A stretch of 64,000 nt of DNA from an uncultured bacterium (GCA_949299335.1 CASGAD010000030.1:11875-75874), one strand, 5' to 3'; shown: positions 41,267 to 50,813, numbered from the stretch's first letter. Translations and numbers: made by a program. The notes: generated by a model from the sequence alone, not told the origin.

Positions 41267-42823
41267 ATGTTTAAATTTTCAAAAAAGCAAGTCGTTATTG
41301 GTATTTGTGGCTTTTTAATAGCTTTACTTTTAGCAATCATTTTTATTAACTTAAGTCCACGTGGTCATATATTAGAGATATCTCCGTTAGGTGCTTTTTA
41401 TAGAATTATTTCTATTCTTTTATTTTGTATAGCTGTAGGTTTCCTTGGATATATATTTTCTGGTTTACTTGGCTTTTTTACTTTATTAATTCCTGTTTCT
41501 ATTTTTGCTCTAATAAAAATTATTTTAATGTATTTAGAAAATCTAAATACCAATTTATATTTTTATACAATTTTAACAGTCATACTTTCTGCTACGCTTA
41601 TTGTATCTTTAGCAAGTTACTTATCTACTAAAAATAAAATAGATACTGATTTTAAAAGTGATAATTTAAATTTAAACAAAATACATTATGATGAGATTTA
41701 TTCTACTGATGATTTTAAATATATAATCATTGTCTCTAATATTTTAATTAAATGGTATCAAGTTATTAAATATGAAGATAAATTATATTTTCATTATTTA
41801 AAAAGAGGAATTAATCGTTATAAAGATGATCAGTTATTTAAAAATAAAGAGGATTTAGAAGGGTTTTTAAATAATAAATACAATTTTATTATTGATTTAA
41901 ACAAACTAAATAATGTTACTTTATATGAAAATAGATTAAATGATTTTATTTCTAATGGAAGTATAGTTTTTAATTTAAGTGATAATAAAAAGAAAAAATA
42001 TTCATATATTGGTAACTATAATTATAGTGATTTAGATGTCTTTTTTAACAATAAAACGCAAGCTAAAAATATAATTAATGAAGAAGATATTAAGTTAATT
42101 AAATTAACCCCTAAAGATAAAAAGATTTTACATGGTTTAAATTTATTTAAAGTAATTTACACTTTTATAATTTCAATCTTACTATCTTTATTATTTATAA
42201 CTAATTTTAAAATCGGTGTATTTATTATTAATTTAATAATAATGATATTAATATTATTACTTCCATTTATTTATATATTATTTAATAAATACGTAATGTT
42301 AGCAGATAAATCTTCTAGAAAATATAAAGTTAAAAATACTGGTAAAGTTAGTTTTATTAGTTTATTTATTTTTCCTTTATTAGTCTTAATGATGAGATAT
42401 TTATTAGATATTAATTTTTTTATTAAATATGATTATTTAAAGTTACTATTATTTTCTTTGATACCTTTAGCGATTTTATTAAGTATCTTTTTTATTTTCT
42501 TTAAAGAATATAAAAAAGATAAAAATGCTATTATTTCGATCATTATTTTTTCAATTTCGTTTTCTTTAAATTTTATATATTGCCTAGATAAGAATTTTGA
42601 TTTATCTGAAGGCAAAAGAGAAGCTCTTAAAGTAATAGATAAAGAAATTTATGAAAACAACTCAAATGAAATAACTTATTATTTTTATGTGAGTTATAAT
42701 GATGAAGTACTAAAAGTTAATGTAAGTGAATCTACTTATAATGAATCGAATGAAATAACTATTATTGTTGAAAAAGGATTATTAGATATTAATAAAGTAA
42801 TTTATTACGATTCTAGCTTATAA
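41267..42823 (+). CDS. Polytopic membrane protein of unknown function, apparently co-transcribed with addBA
   Basis: 518 aa with about 4 N-terminal TM helices, a soluble Asn/Lys-rich middle, about 5 more TM helices and a soluble tail. The start is 2 nt after the addA stop, and the RBS AGGAGG lies in the last addA codons. Confidence 0.55.
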   Translation: MFKFSKKQVVIGICGFLIALLLAIIFINLSPRGHILEISPLGAFYRIISILLFCIAVGFLGYIFSGLLGFFTLLIPVSIFALIKIILMYLENLNTNLYFYTILTVILSATLIVSLASYLSTKNKIDTDFKSDNLNLNKIHYDEIYSTDDFKYIIIVSNILIKWYQVIKYEDKLYFHYLKRGINRYKDDQLFKNKEDLEGFLNNKYNFIIDLNKLNNVTLYENRLNDFISNGSIVFNLSDNKKKKYSYIGNYNYSDLDVFFNNKTQAKNIINEEDIKLIKLTPKDKKILHGLNLFKVIYTFIISILLSLLFITNFKIGVFIINLIIMILILLLPFIYILFNKYVMLADKSSRKYKVKNTGKVSFISLFIFPLLVLMMRYLLDINFFIKYDYLKLLLFSLIPLAILLSIFFIFFKEYKKDKNAIISIIIFSISFSLNFIYCLDKNFDLSEGKREALKVIDKEIYENNSNEITYYFYVSYNDEVLKVNVSESTYNESNEITIIVEKGLLDINKVIYYDSSL

Positions 42824-43145
42824 ATATAAAGTTAAAAAACAAATTGTTACTCATGTTTTTCAATAGAATGTAAGGCCATATTGAATTTGACACAATATTT
42901 AATGGTTATTGCTCTAAGTAATAAATTTCGATTATATTAATTAGTAAGTGAATTGAATTTTTTAATAGTTGGAAAATAATAATTTATGGATTATTGTAAT
43001 AGGTAGATAACTACAATTTTTATATATATAAAAATTAGCGATTAAATCGAAAAAAGTACGCAAAAATAAACTATTTTGTAGTTTATTAATTTGAGATAGA
43101 AAAACACTACTTGAATTTTATATTTTTTAATTTTATTTTTAAAAT

Positions 43146-43862
43146 ATGAAAAAAATAATTGTAGGCATTGTAGAAGATAATAAAAGTGATTTATTAAATC
43201 TAAAAAATATTTTAAGTTTGTATTCAAAAGAAAAAGAAGTTGTATTTGACATTGTTGAATTTGACAATGCAATTGACTTTATGAAGTCTTATGAATGTAA
43301 CTACGATATAATTTTACTTGATATAGAATTAGGAACTTCAAGTGGAATCGATGTTGCCAAAGCTATTAGAAAGATCGATGAAAAGGTAATTATAATTTTT
43401 CAAACCGATTTTGCTAAGTATGCATTGAATGGATATGAAGTTCATGCTTTGGACTTTATGGTTAAGCCAATCAAATATCCATCATTTTCTTTAAAAATGG
43501 ATAAAGCATTATCAGAAATAAAGAATAGATGTGAAGGCAATTTTATTATTCCTACTGCTGATGGAATTAGAAAAATAGATATTTCACGAGTATTATATAT
43601 TGAAGTTTTTGGGCATAATTTAAAGTTTCATTTAGTTGATGAAATTATTGATGGACGTGGAAGCTTAAAGCAAATGGAAAAAATGTTGACAAAGTATAAT
43701 TTTTTAAGATGCAATAATTGTTTTTTGGTAAATGCGGCTAGAATAAAAGGTATAGAAAAATATGAATGTGTTGTAGGAAATGATAGAATTCAAATTTCTC
43801 ATCCAAAAAAGAAGTCTTTTACCGAAGCGTTTATGAAATATTTAATGAATAAAGAGGACTGA
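43146..43862 (+). CDS. LytTR-family response regulator (module A)
   Basis: 238 aa. Receiver domain (IILLDIELGTSSG, FMVKP) plus a LytTR DNA-binding domain (VLYIEVFGHNLKFHL...FLRCNNCFLVN). Confidence 0.85.
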   Translation: MKKIIVGIVEDNKSDLLNLKNILSLYSKEKEVVFDIVEFDNAIDFMKSYECNYDIILLDIELGTSSGIDVAKAIRKIDEKVIIIFQTDFAKYALNGYEVHALDFMVKPIKYPSFSLKMDKALSEIKNRCEGNFIIPTADGIRKIDISRVLYIEVFGHNLKFHLVDEIIDGRGSLKQMEKMLTKYNFLRCNNCFLVNAARIKGIEKYECVVGNDRIQISHPKKKSFTEAFMKYLMNKED

Positions 43863-43863
43863 T

Positions 43864-45195
43864 ATGTTTGATGAATTTATAAATTATTACTTTTATTACT
43901 TATCTTTTTTAATTGAAATAATTATTGCACAATTAATTTTTACCCCTAATATCAAAAATTTAAGAGATGGAGCTTTTTTTCGTATCCCAATAGCTATTTT
44001 CCTTAATATAAGTTCTACATTAATTTGTTTTTTAATTTTAAAATTTATTAATTTTTCAATTTTATATAACATCGTTTCTTACATTTTTATTTTTACAATT
44101 ACTATAATTTCCTATCACTTTGTGCTTAATTATAATTTTAAAAATGTAATGTTAAATTCCATTATGGGATATTTTGTACAACATATTGCTTATAAAGTTA
44201 ATTATTTAATGTATGAATCATATTTAATAATTTATGTTTACCAATATATACCAGATTATGTTGTGTTAGTAAATTTTTTATGTCATTTCTTCTATTTTTC
44301 GCTAGTATATTTATTTGCACTTTTTGTTTTAAGAAAATTTTATATTAATAATTATCAGTTTACGCTTAGCAGTTTTCCTGTTATTGCATTAGCCGGATTA
44401 GTATTAGTGGTAGCTATTGTATTAAACTCTGTATGGGCTGGCAATAATTATTGGGGCACTTATATTCTTGGTATTGTAATTGCATTATTTGATATTATTT
44501 GTTGCTCATTGGCAATGTATTTAGCTATTGGACTATTTGTTTTATCAAAAAGTAAACGAGAAGCCCTTAAAATACAACATTCATATGAAGAAAAAATTAA
44601 GCAATATGAACTTAGCAAAGAAAGCATTGATTTAATAAATATTAAATGTCATGATTTGCGTAAACAAATTCGAACTTTAAGAGCACATCCGGAATTAATT
44701 GATGATGAAGAATTGGCGAGTATCGAGAAGGCTACTAGAATATATGAAACTAATTTTGATACTGGTAATTCGACTTTAAACATTGCTTTAAGCGAAAAAT
44801 CATTAGCCGCTAAAAAATATAATATTGAACTTACTAGTTTAGTAGATGGAGAAGCATTAATTAATCTAAAACCTGGTGATATTTACTCGTTATTTACGAA
44901 TATTTTAGATAATGCCATAGAAGCAGTAAAACAGGTTAAAGATATTGACAAAAGGGTAGTTTCCCTAGTTGTAAGTAAGGAAAGGGGATTTTTAGAAATA
45001 AGAGAAGTAAACTATGTTTTTAAAAAACCAGTTTTTATTAATAATATGCCTCAAACAACTAAACTAAATACTAATTTACATGGGTTTGGTACAAAATCTA
45101 TTGAGTACATTGTTTATAAATATAATGGAAAAGTTAATTTCAAAGTACTTGATGATAAATTTTATTTAAATATATTAATACCTCTAGAAATTTAA
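43864..45195 (+). CDS. AgrC-like GHKL sensor histidine kinase (module A)
   Basis: 443 aa with about 6 TM helices, the H-box INIKCHDLRKQIRTL, the N-box LFTNILDNAIEA and the G-box HGFGTKSI. The start is 1 nt after the regulator stop. Confidence 0.8.
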   Translation: MFDEFINYYFYYLSFLIEIIIAQLIFTPNIKNLRDGAFFRIPIAIFLNISSTLICFLILKFINFSILYNIVSYIFIFTITIISYHFVLNYNFKNVMLNSIMGYFVQHIAYKVNYLMYESYLIIYVYQYIPDYVVLVNFLCHFFYFSLVYLFALFVLRKFYINNYQFTLSSFPVIALAGLVLVVAIVLNSVWAGNNYWGTYILGIVIALFDIICCSLAMYLAIGLFVLSKSKREALKIQHSYEEKIKQYELSKESIDLINIKCHDLRKQIRTLRAHPELIDDEELASIEKATRIYETNFDTGNSTLNIALSEKSLAAKKYNIELTSLVDGEALINLKPGDIYSLFTNILDNAIEAVKQVKDIDKRVVSLVVSKERGFLEIREVNYVFKKPVFINNMPQTTKLNTNLHGFGTKSIEYIVYKYNGKVNFKVLDDKFYLNILIPLEI

Positions 45196-45232
45196 AAAAA
45201 TGTAAGGTTAGGAAGAAAAATGCAAGGTTAGG
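45196..45232 (+). repeat. 17-nt direct repeat x2 with 20-bp periodicity; candidate LytTR regulator binding site
   Basis: AAAAATGTAAGGTTAGG (45196-45212) and AAAAATGCAAGGTTAGG (45216-45232), 16/17 identical. Located in the 114-bp kinase-GH3 intergenic region. Confidence 0.45.
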
Positions 45233-45246
45233 TGTAAGCGCTTACA
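45233..45246. promoter_or_regulatory. Perfectly palindromic cre (CcpA operator) in front of the module A GH3 gene
   Basis: TGTAAGCGCTTACA is its own reverse complement and matches TGWAANCGNTNWCA at all constrained positions. Confidence 0.65.
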
Positions 45247-45309
45247 TTCATAAATTTTTTGTCGTTTAATAAATTCAATGACTTTTTATATAGGAGGATT
45301 AAAGAATTT

Positions 45310-48186
45310 ATGAAACATAAAAAGTTTATATTTGGCAACCTTGCCGGAATTCTTGCTGCCTCAGCAATCCTAGTAACTGTTAATGTGCTAGCATTGTCAA
45401 CCTTTAAAGATGATATTTCTATCTATTTAGGAGGTAGTGGCGTTCAAGGAGCAACTGATGATAGTGATGCTTTTGCTAATGCAGGAGAGGTTGTTGATAG
45501 AGTAATGGATGAAGGCTCGGTTCTATTAAAGAACGAGAATAATGCCTTACCATTAGGTGCAGATAATTTAACTGAGAAAGTTAAAGTTAATGTATTTGGA
45601 TTTAATACCATCAATATGTTTTATGGTGGTAGTGGATCTGGTGCTTCAAATGTTGAAAGTCCAGAAACATATTTACAATCTTATAAAGATGCTGGCATTG
45701 AATATAATCAAGACATTATTGATTTATTAGAGGCTAACGCAAATTCTGTAGATAAAGATATTGGAAATCCATTAGGTGGATCATTTTATCCTGCGATTCC
45801 AGAGCTCTCTGTTGATTTATATCGTGAACATATTGAAGAGTATAAAAACTATTCTAATGTTGCTATTATAAATATTGGTAGAACTGGTGGAGAAGGTTTA
45901 GATATTCCAAGTGGACACCCAGGTGAATATAAAGATCAATCAGGTAAAGGCACAGAAGTTGATTATCTTGATTTATCCAAAAACGAAACTGATTTAATTA
46001 AACTTTGTGCTGAAAATTTCGAAAAAGTTATTGTTTGCTTAAATATTGCTAATACAGTCGAATTAAATGAATTAGATCAAGAAGGTGTTGATGCCGTTTT
46101 ATGGATTGGACACCCAGGTGCATATGGTTTAAGTGAGGTTGGCAAAATTTTAAGAGGACAAGTTAATCCTAGTGGAAGAATTACAGATACTTTTGTTTAT
46201 GATAACGAATCTTCCCCAGCTAGTAGAAATACTGGTGCATATTATACACAATCATATAGTGATAATAAGTCACTTTACTATGTAGATTATGAAGAAGGAA
46301 TTTATGTTGGTTATAAATATTACGAAACCAAATATTTAAATGATGAAGCTGGGTATGATGCTGTTGTACAATATCCATTTGGTTCAGGTTTATCATATAC
46401 TGAGTTTGAACAAACGATTGTTAGTAGTTCATTAGGTGGAACAGATGGTCAAATTTCTGTAACTGTTAATGTTAAAAATAATGGTCAATATCCAGGAAAA
46501 GAAGTAGTTCAACTTTATTACACAGCTCCATATACAAATGGTGGAATCGAAAAGAGTGCAGTTAATTTAGTACAATTTGAAAAAACTGATGTTATTGATC
46601 CTGGAGATGATGTTGATATTACATTGACTTTCGATGTTCAAGAAATGGCTTCCTATGATTATGATGATGCAAATAATAATTCTCATAAAGGCTATGAATT
46701 AGAAGCTGGAGATTACGAAATCAAGCTTCAAAATAACTCCCACGATATAATTGGTACACCAATTAAATATCATGTAGATTCAACTGTTTATTATGATGAA
46801 TCATCTACTGGTTACACAATAAAAAATCAATTTGATAACGCAAATGGCATTGAAGAAGAGGGTGTTACCTATTTAACAAGAGCAGATAATTTTACTGCAA
46901 ATTTCCCTTCATTAGAGAAACCAGAGGCTAGAGCAACTTCTAAATTAGTTCGAGACGAATTAGCATTAAAACCAGAAGTTGATCCTAATGATAAAGACAT
47001 TGTTACAAATACAATTACTCATGAAGTTGATGCCGAAAAGCGTGATGAAAATGGTGACATTGTATACGATGATGATGGAAATATAGTATATGAAACAACC
47101 ATTGATGATGATGGTAATGAGGTAATAAAGAAGAGAGGTTTGTATCTTTCTGATATGGCTGGATTAGACTATAATGATCCATTATGGGAAGATTTATTAA
47201 ATCAACTTACTTTAGAAGAAATTGGTGATTTGATTGCTTATGGCGGATATCAAACAGCTGCTGTTCCTAGTATCAATAAAGGTATTAATAGAGATTTAGA
47301 TGGACCACAAGGATTTAACTTCTCTAACGTTTCTTATGAAAATTTAAAAGCTATGAGCTATCCAAGTGAAATTGTTTCTGCAGCTACTTGGAATAAAGAA
47401 TTAATTAAAGAAGAAGGTGATGCGTTTGCTAGAGAAGCACAAGAAATGGGTGTCACTGGATTATATGCTCCTGCAATGAACATTCATAGATCACCATATG
47501 CAGGTAGAAACTTCGAATATTATTCTGAAGATCCAATCTTGTCTGGATATATGGGTGCTAATTTTACTAAAGGTGCAGTTGATAAAGGATTAAATGTATT
47601 TATTAAACACTTTGCAGTAAACGATCAAGAAACTCAAAGATATGGATTATTTACTTGGATTGATGAACAAGCATTAAGAGAAATTTATCTAAAACCTTTC
47701 CAAATGTCAGTTGAAGAAGGCGGCGCTAGAGCTGTTATGTCTTCGTTTAATAGAATCGGTGCTACATGGGCAGGTTGTAACTATTCATTATTAACCGAAG
47801 TATTAAGAAATGAATGGGGCTTCCAAGGAATGGTCTTAACAGATTATTATATGATGTTCCAAACATTTATGGATGTTGATAGAGGAATTAGAGCAGGAAA
47901 TGATTGCTTCTTAGCAGGATTACCAGCATTAGCAAAACTACCTGATTTAAGTAATAACACTGCAAAACAAGCAGCAAGAAAATGTGCTCATAATATTTTA
48001 TACTCTGTAGCTAATGCAAGAGCATCAAATGTCTCATTAGATGACTCATGGTTAAATTGGTTTATTCCATTAGATGTAATTTTATTCGTTTTATTACTTG
48101 CATGGGGTGGATTTGTATCCTATAAAGCATTTAAATATAATAGAAAAGAAACAGTTGAAGTAACTGAAGCGGAAACTGATAAATAA
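45310..48186 (+). CDS. Glycoside hydrolase family 3 (beta-glucosidase/xylosidase-like) with N- and C-terminal TM anchors (module A)
   Basis: Start moved to the ATG at 45310, which has the RBS AGGAGG; the track start is a TTG. Motifs GGSGSGA, KHFAVNDQETQR and GFQGMVLTDY (nucleophile Asp context). TM helices FIFGNLAGILAASAILVTVNVLAL and VILFVLLLAWGGFVSY. Confidence 0.85.
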   Translation: MKHKKFIFGNLAGILAASAILVTVNVLALSTFKDDISIYLGGSGVQGATDDSDAFANAGEVVDRVMDEGSVLLKNENNALPLGADNLTEKVKVNVFGFNTINMFYGGSGSGASNVESPETYLQSYKDAGIEYNQDIIDLLEANANSVDKDIGNPLGGSFYPAIPELSVDLYREHIEEYKNYSNVAIINIGRTGGEGLDIPSGHPGEYKDQSGKGTEVDYLDLSKNETDLIKLCAENFEKVIVCLNIANTVELNELDQEGVDAVLWIGHPGAYGLSEVGKILRGQVNPSGRITDTFVYDNESSPASRNTGAYYTQSYSDNKSLYYVDYEEGIYVGYKYYETKYLNDEAGYDAVVQYPFGSGLSYTEFEQTIVSSSLGGTDGQISVTVNVKNNGQYPGKEVVQLYYTAPYTNGGIEKSAVNLVQFEKTDVIDPGDDVDITLTFDVQEMASYDYDDANNNSHKGYELEAGDYEIKLQNNSHDIIGTPIKYHVDSTVYYDESSTGYTIKNQFDNANGIEEEGVTYLTRADNFTANFPSLEKPEARATSKLVRDELALKPEVDPNDKDIVTNTITHEVDAEKRDENGDIVYDDDGNIVYETTIDDDGNEVIKKRGLYLSDMAGLDYNDPLWEDLLNQLTLEEIGDLIAYGGYQTAAVPSINKGINRDLDGPQGFNFSNVSYENLKAMSYPSEIVSAATWNKELIKEEGDAFAREAQEMGVTGLYAPAMNIHRSPYAGRNFEYYSEDPILSGYMGANFTKGAVDKGLNVFIKHFAVNDQETQRYGLFTWIDEQALREIYLKPFQMSVEEGGARAVMSSFNRIGATWAGCNYSLLTEVLRNEWGFQGMVLTDYYMMFQTFMDVDRGIRAGNDCFLAGLPALAKLPDLSNNTAKQAARKCAHNILYSVANARASNVSLDDSWLNWFIPLDVILFVLLLAWGGFVSYKAFKYNRKETVEVTEAETDK

Positions 48187-48209
48187 TAATTATAATGAGG
48201 GAAAATATT

Positions 48210-50399
48210 ATGAAAAAAAGAAAAATTTGTTATTTAGTAGCCTGTAGTTTAATTTTTGGAGGAATGGCAGCTATTGCTAGCTGCTCTCCTTCTAATACAA
48301 CAGATGTTACTACTCAAACATTAACCGTATCTTTTGAAAAATCATCTATTTATGTTGATGAATCAACTACAGTTATTGTAAAAATTGGAGATGAAGTTCA
48401 AACTGATGTTCAATTAGAGGTTAGTGAAGGTGCTTCAGTTGTAAAATTAGAAGGCAATACTGTAACTGGATTAGCTGAAGGCACAGCAACTATTAAAGCT
48501 AAAAAAGTTGGTTGCAAAGCAGGTACAGCAACTATTACAGTTACAAAAGCTCCTGTTGTTGAACCTGATGCAGTACTAACATTTGAAAATGCATTCCATG
48601 AATCACCAACCGGACAATGGGGTAATGAATATATGGGTGGATATAAAGATACACCTGTTGGTGAAGTAGTAGGAACTGGTGGTGGAAAGGCTGTTGAATA
48701 CCAAACTCAAGGTTGCGTTGAAACAATTAAATTCACTTCTGATAAAGCCGGTAAAGCTGATTTAGGATTTGTTATGGCTACTGTCATTGCAGACTGGATG
48801 AGTGGCGGAGCAATGCAAGATATGGCTTTGAAAGATTACATTACTATTTCTGTAAATGGAACTAATTTAGATTTAACAGATAAAGTACTTTCAGGTGATA
48901 CTGAAGCTTCCAATTATTATTTCTGGGATGAAGTTACATTTAAAGGAGTTGATTTAGTTTCTGGTGAAAATGCAATTGTTGTTACAACAATTGGACAACA
49001 AGGTCCTAATTACGATTGTGTTAATGTCTATGGAGACTTTGAAATAACTCAAATTAAGGGTGGTTCCGTTGTAAAGGAATATGAAGAAATTGGTACTTAT
49101 TCTTACTTTGTAAATGGTTATGAATGGGGACCTGGTGTTAATAGAATTGTTATTGATTTTGGAAAAAATGTAAAAAAAGCTGATTTAGCAAACGATTTAT
49201 TTGAAGTTAAAGTAACAGGTAGTGCAGCAACAACTAGAAAAGTTACGAGTGCATATTTAGTTAATGCAGAGAATGAAAAGGATGATTCTTTAACCGAAGG
49301 TACAAAAGTTGGATTAGATTTAGAATTTAATATTGTTTATGAAGACTATTGGGGAATGTTCCAAATCACCAATACAAACGGAGCTAGCCCATTCTTATAC
49401 GATCAAAATACACAATTAAATAATTGGGATCCAGCTTACGGATATGAAGTTAAATTAGCAAGTGGAAAATCATTAACTATTGGTGAAACTAATTATAGTG
49501 ATGCTGAAAAACCATTTGTTGTTAAAGGAACTGGAACTAGAGTTGTTGAAGCTACAAAGGACTGGGGTGAAGCAAAATCACATACTGGTAAAGATGGCAA
49601 AACATTAACCTATAAAGCATATGAAACAGAAGCTTTAAAGACTGATGGTGGAAAGAATCCATTAATCATTTGGTTACATGGCGCTGGCGAAGGTGGTACA
49701 GATCCTGATATTGCTCTTTTAGGCAATGATGTTACTAATTTAGGCGAAGAAAAGATTCAAAAATACTTCAAGACTGATACTTCTGCAGGAGCTTATGTTT
49801 TAGCTGTTCAAACTCCAACAATGTGGATGGATGATGGAACTGGTAAAAATGGAGTAGGCGATGCTAGATCAATTTATACTGCAACATTAAAAGAAACAAT
49901 TGATACCTATTTAAGCGAAAATACCGATGTTGATACATCTGAAATTATATTAGGAGGATGTAGTAATGGTGGATATATGACTATGAATATGGCAATGGAA
50001 TATCCTTCATTCTTTAAAGCATATTATCCTGTTTGTGAAGCATATAAAGATTCTGCAATTAGTGAAGAAGATATAGCTACACTTAAAGATTTATCAATTT
50101 GGTTTACTACAAGCGCAGATGATCCAACAGTTGCTCCTAATGACTATGTAATTCCAACTTATAAGAGATTAATGGAAGCTGGAGCCAGTGATGTTCATTT
50201 CTCATATTTTGAAAAAGTTTATGGCAACGATACTGGAAAAGATATTCAATACAATGGACATTGGTCTTGGATATATGCTTTAAGTGATCGCTGTGAAAAA
50301 GATCAAGCAGATTACAATAATGTTGCAGCACCTTCAACCAAGGATGTATTAGTTGATGGTAAAGCCGTAACGATGTGGGAATGGCTTGCAACTAGGTAA
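48210..50399 (+). CDS. Multidomain lipoprotein: Big_2 Ig-like domain, central beta-rich (carbohydrate-binding-like) region and a C-terminal alpha/beta-hydrolase esterase
   Basis: Start at MKKRKICYLVACSLIFGGMAAIASC (lipobox IASC). Big_2-like segment ...VTGLAEGTATIKAKKVG. C-terminal NPLIIWLHGAGEGG and the nucleophile elbow GGCSNGG. Confidence 0.7.
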   Translation: MKKRKICYLVACSLIFGGMAAIASCSPSNTTDVTTQTLTVSFEKSSIYVDESTTVIVKIGDEVQTDVQLEVSEGASVVKLEGNTVTGLAEGTATIKAKKVGCKAGTATITVTKAPVVEPDAVLTFENAFHESPTGQWGNEYMGGYKDTPVGEVVGTGGGKAVEYQTQGCVETIKFTSDKAGKADLGFVMATVIADWMSGGAMQDMALKDYITISVNGTNLDLTDKVLSGDTEASNYYFWDEVTFKGVDLVSGENAIVVTTIGQQGPNYDCVNVYGDFEITQIKGGSVVKEYEEIGTYSYFVNGYEWGPGVNRIVIDFGKNVKKADLANDLFEVKVTGSAATTRKVTSAYLVNAENEKDDSLTEGTKVGLDLEFNIVYEDYWGMFQITNTNGASPFLYDQNTQLNNWDPAYGYEVKLASGKSLTIGETNYSDAEKPFVVKGTGTRVVEATKDWGEAKSHTGKDGKTLTYKAYETEALKTDGGKNPLIIWLHGAGEGGTDPDIALLGNDVTNLGEEKIQKYFKTDTSAGAYVLAVQTPTMWMDDGTGKNGVGDARSIYTATLKETIDTYLSENTDVDTSEIILGGCSNGGYMTMNMAMEYPSFFKAYYPVCEAYKDSAISEEDIATLKDLSIWFTTSADDPTVAPNDYVIPTYKRLMEAGASDVHFSYFEKVYGNDTGKDIQYNGHWSWIYALSDRCEKDQADYNNVAAPSTKDVLVDGKAVTMWEWLATR

Positions 50400-50416
50400 T
50401 TTAAATTTCAAAACTA

Positions 50417-50447
50417 AAAGGTAAGGAAAAATCCTTACCTTTTTTTA
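50417..50447 (+). terminator. Rho-independent terminator of module A
   Basis: Perfect 11-bp stem AAAGGTAAGGA/TCCTTACCTTT with loop AAAA, then a T run. Confidence 0.8.
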
Positions 50448-50813
50448 TACAAATGAGAAATTATACAAAAAGTCCACAAAAACCAATTAAATTTATACTA
50501 TTAATATTTGGTTTATTAGATAATGCTATTCTTTCAATTTTATTTTATTGACCTTTATATATGGTTTAGATTAATAATTTGATTTATTAGAAAGTAGTAA
50601 AAACTCTTTGAGTAATAAATAAAGTAGTTTATAAAATAACGCAAAGAAAGCAACTATAATAACAAGGTGCTCATAGTTAATGTAAATGAATTAACTCTTT
50701 AATATGATTATTAAGGTCATTGCTAGCTTAAAAACTGATGTTATTATATTTTATTTAAGATCTTATTATTGATTAAACTATAAAATAAAGGATGAGGGTA
50801 ACTTCATTAAAAT

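Noticed and set aside
43066-43086. Inverted repeat ATAAACTA-TTTTG-TAGTTTAT upstream of the module A regulator
   Set aside because: Short AT-only palindromes of this size are expected by chance in roughly 20-25% GC intergenic DNA. No second copy or conserved partner site was seen.
43042-43272. 76-aa minus-strand ORF upstream of and overlapping the module A response regulator start, considered as a possible AgrD/AgrB-like partner
   Set aside because: It is antisense to the regulator start and has an extremely biased Leu/Phe/Lys/Gln composition. It has no signal or amphipathic leader and no Cys-containing AIP-like core. The only plus-strand mini-ORFs in 42824..43145 are 6-12 codons with no RBS.
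42824-50813. Module A as an integrated island at the 3' end of tRNA-Ala
   Set aside because: No integrase or recombinase gene is present. Visual inspection of 42824..43145 and the rest of the window found no partial copy of the tRNA 3' end (TGGTGGACCCAACC...).
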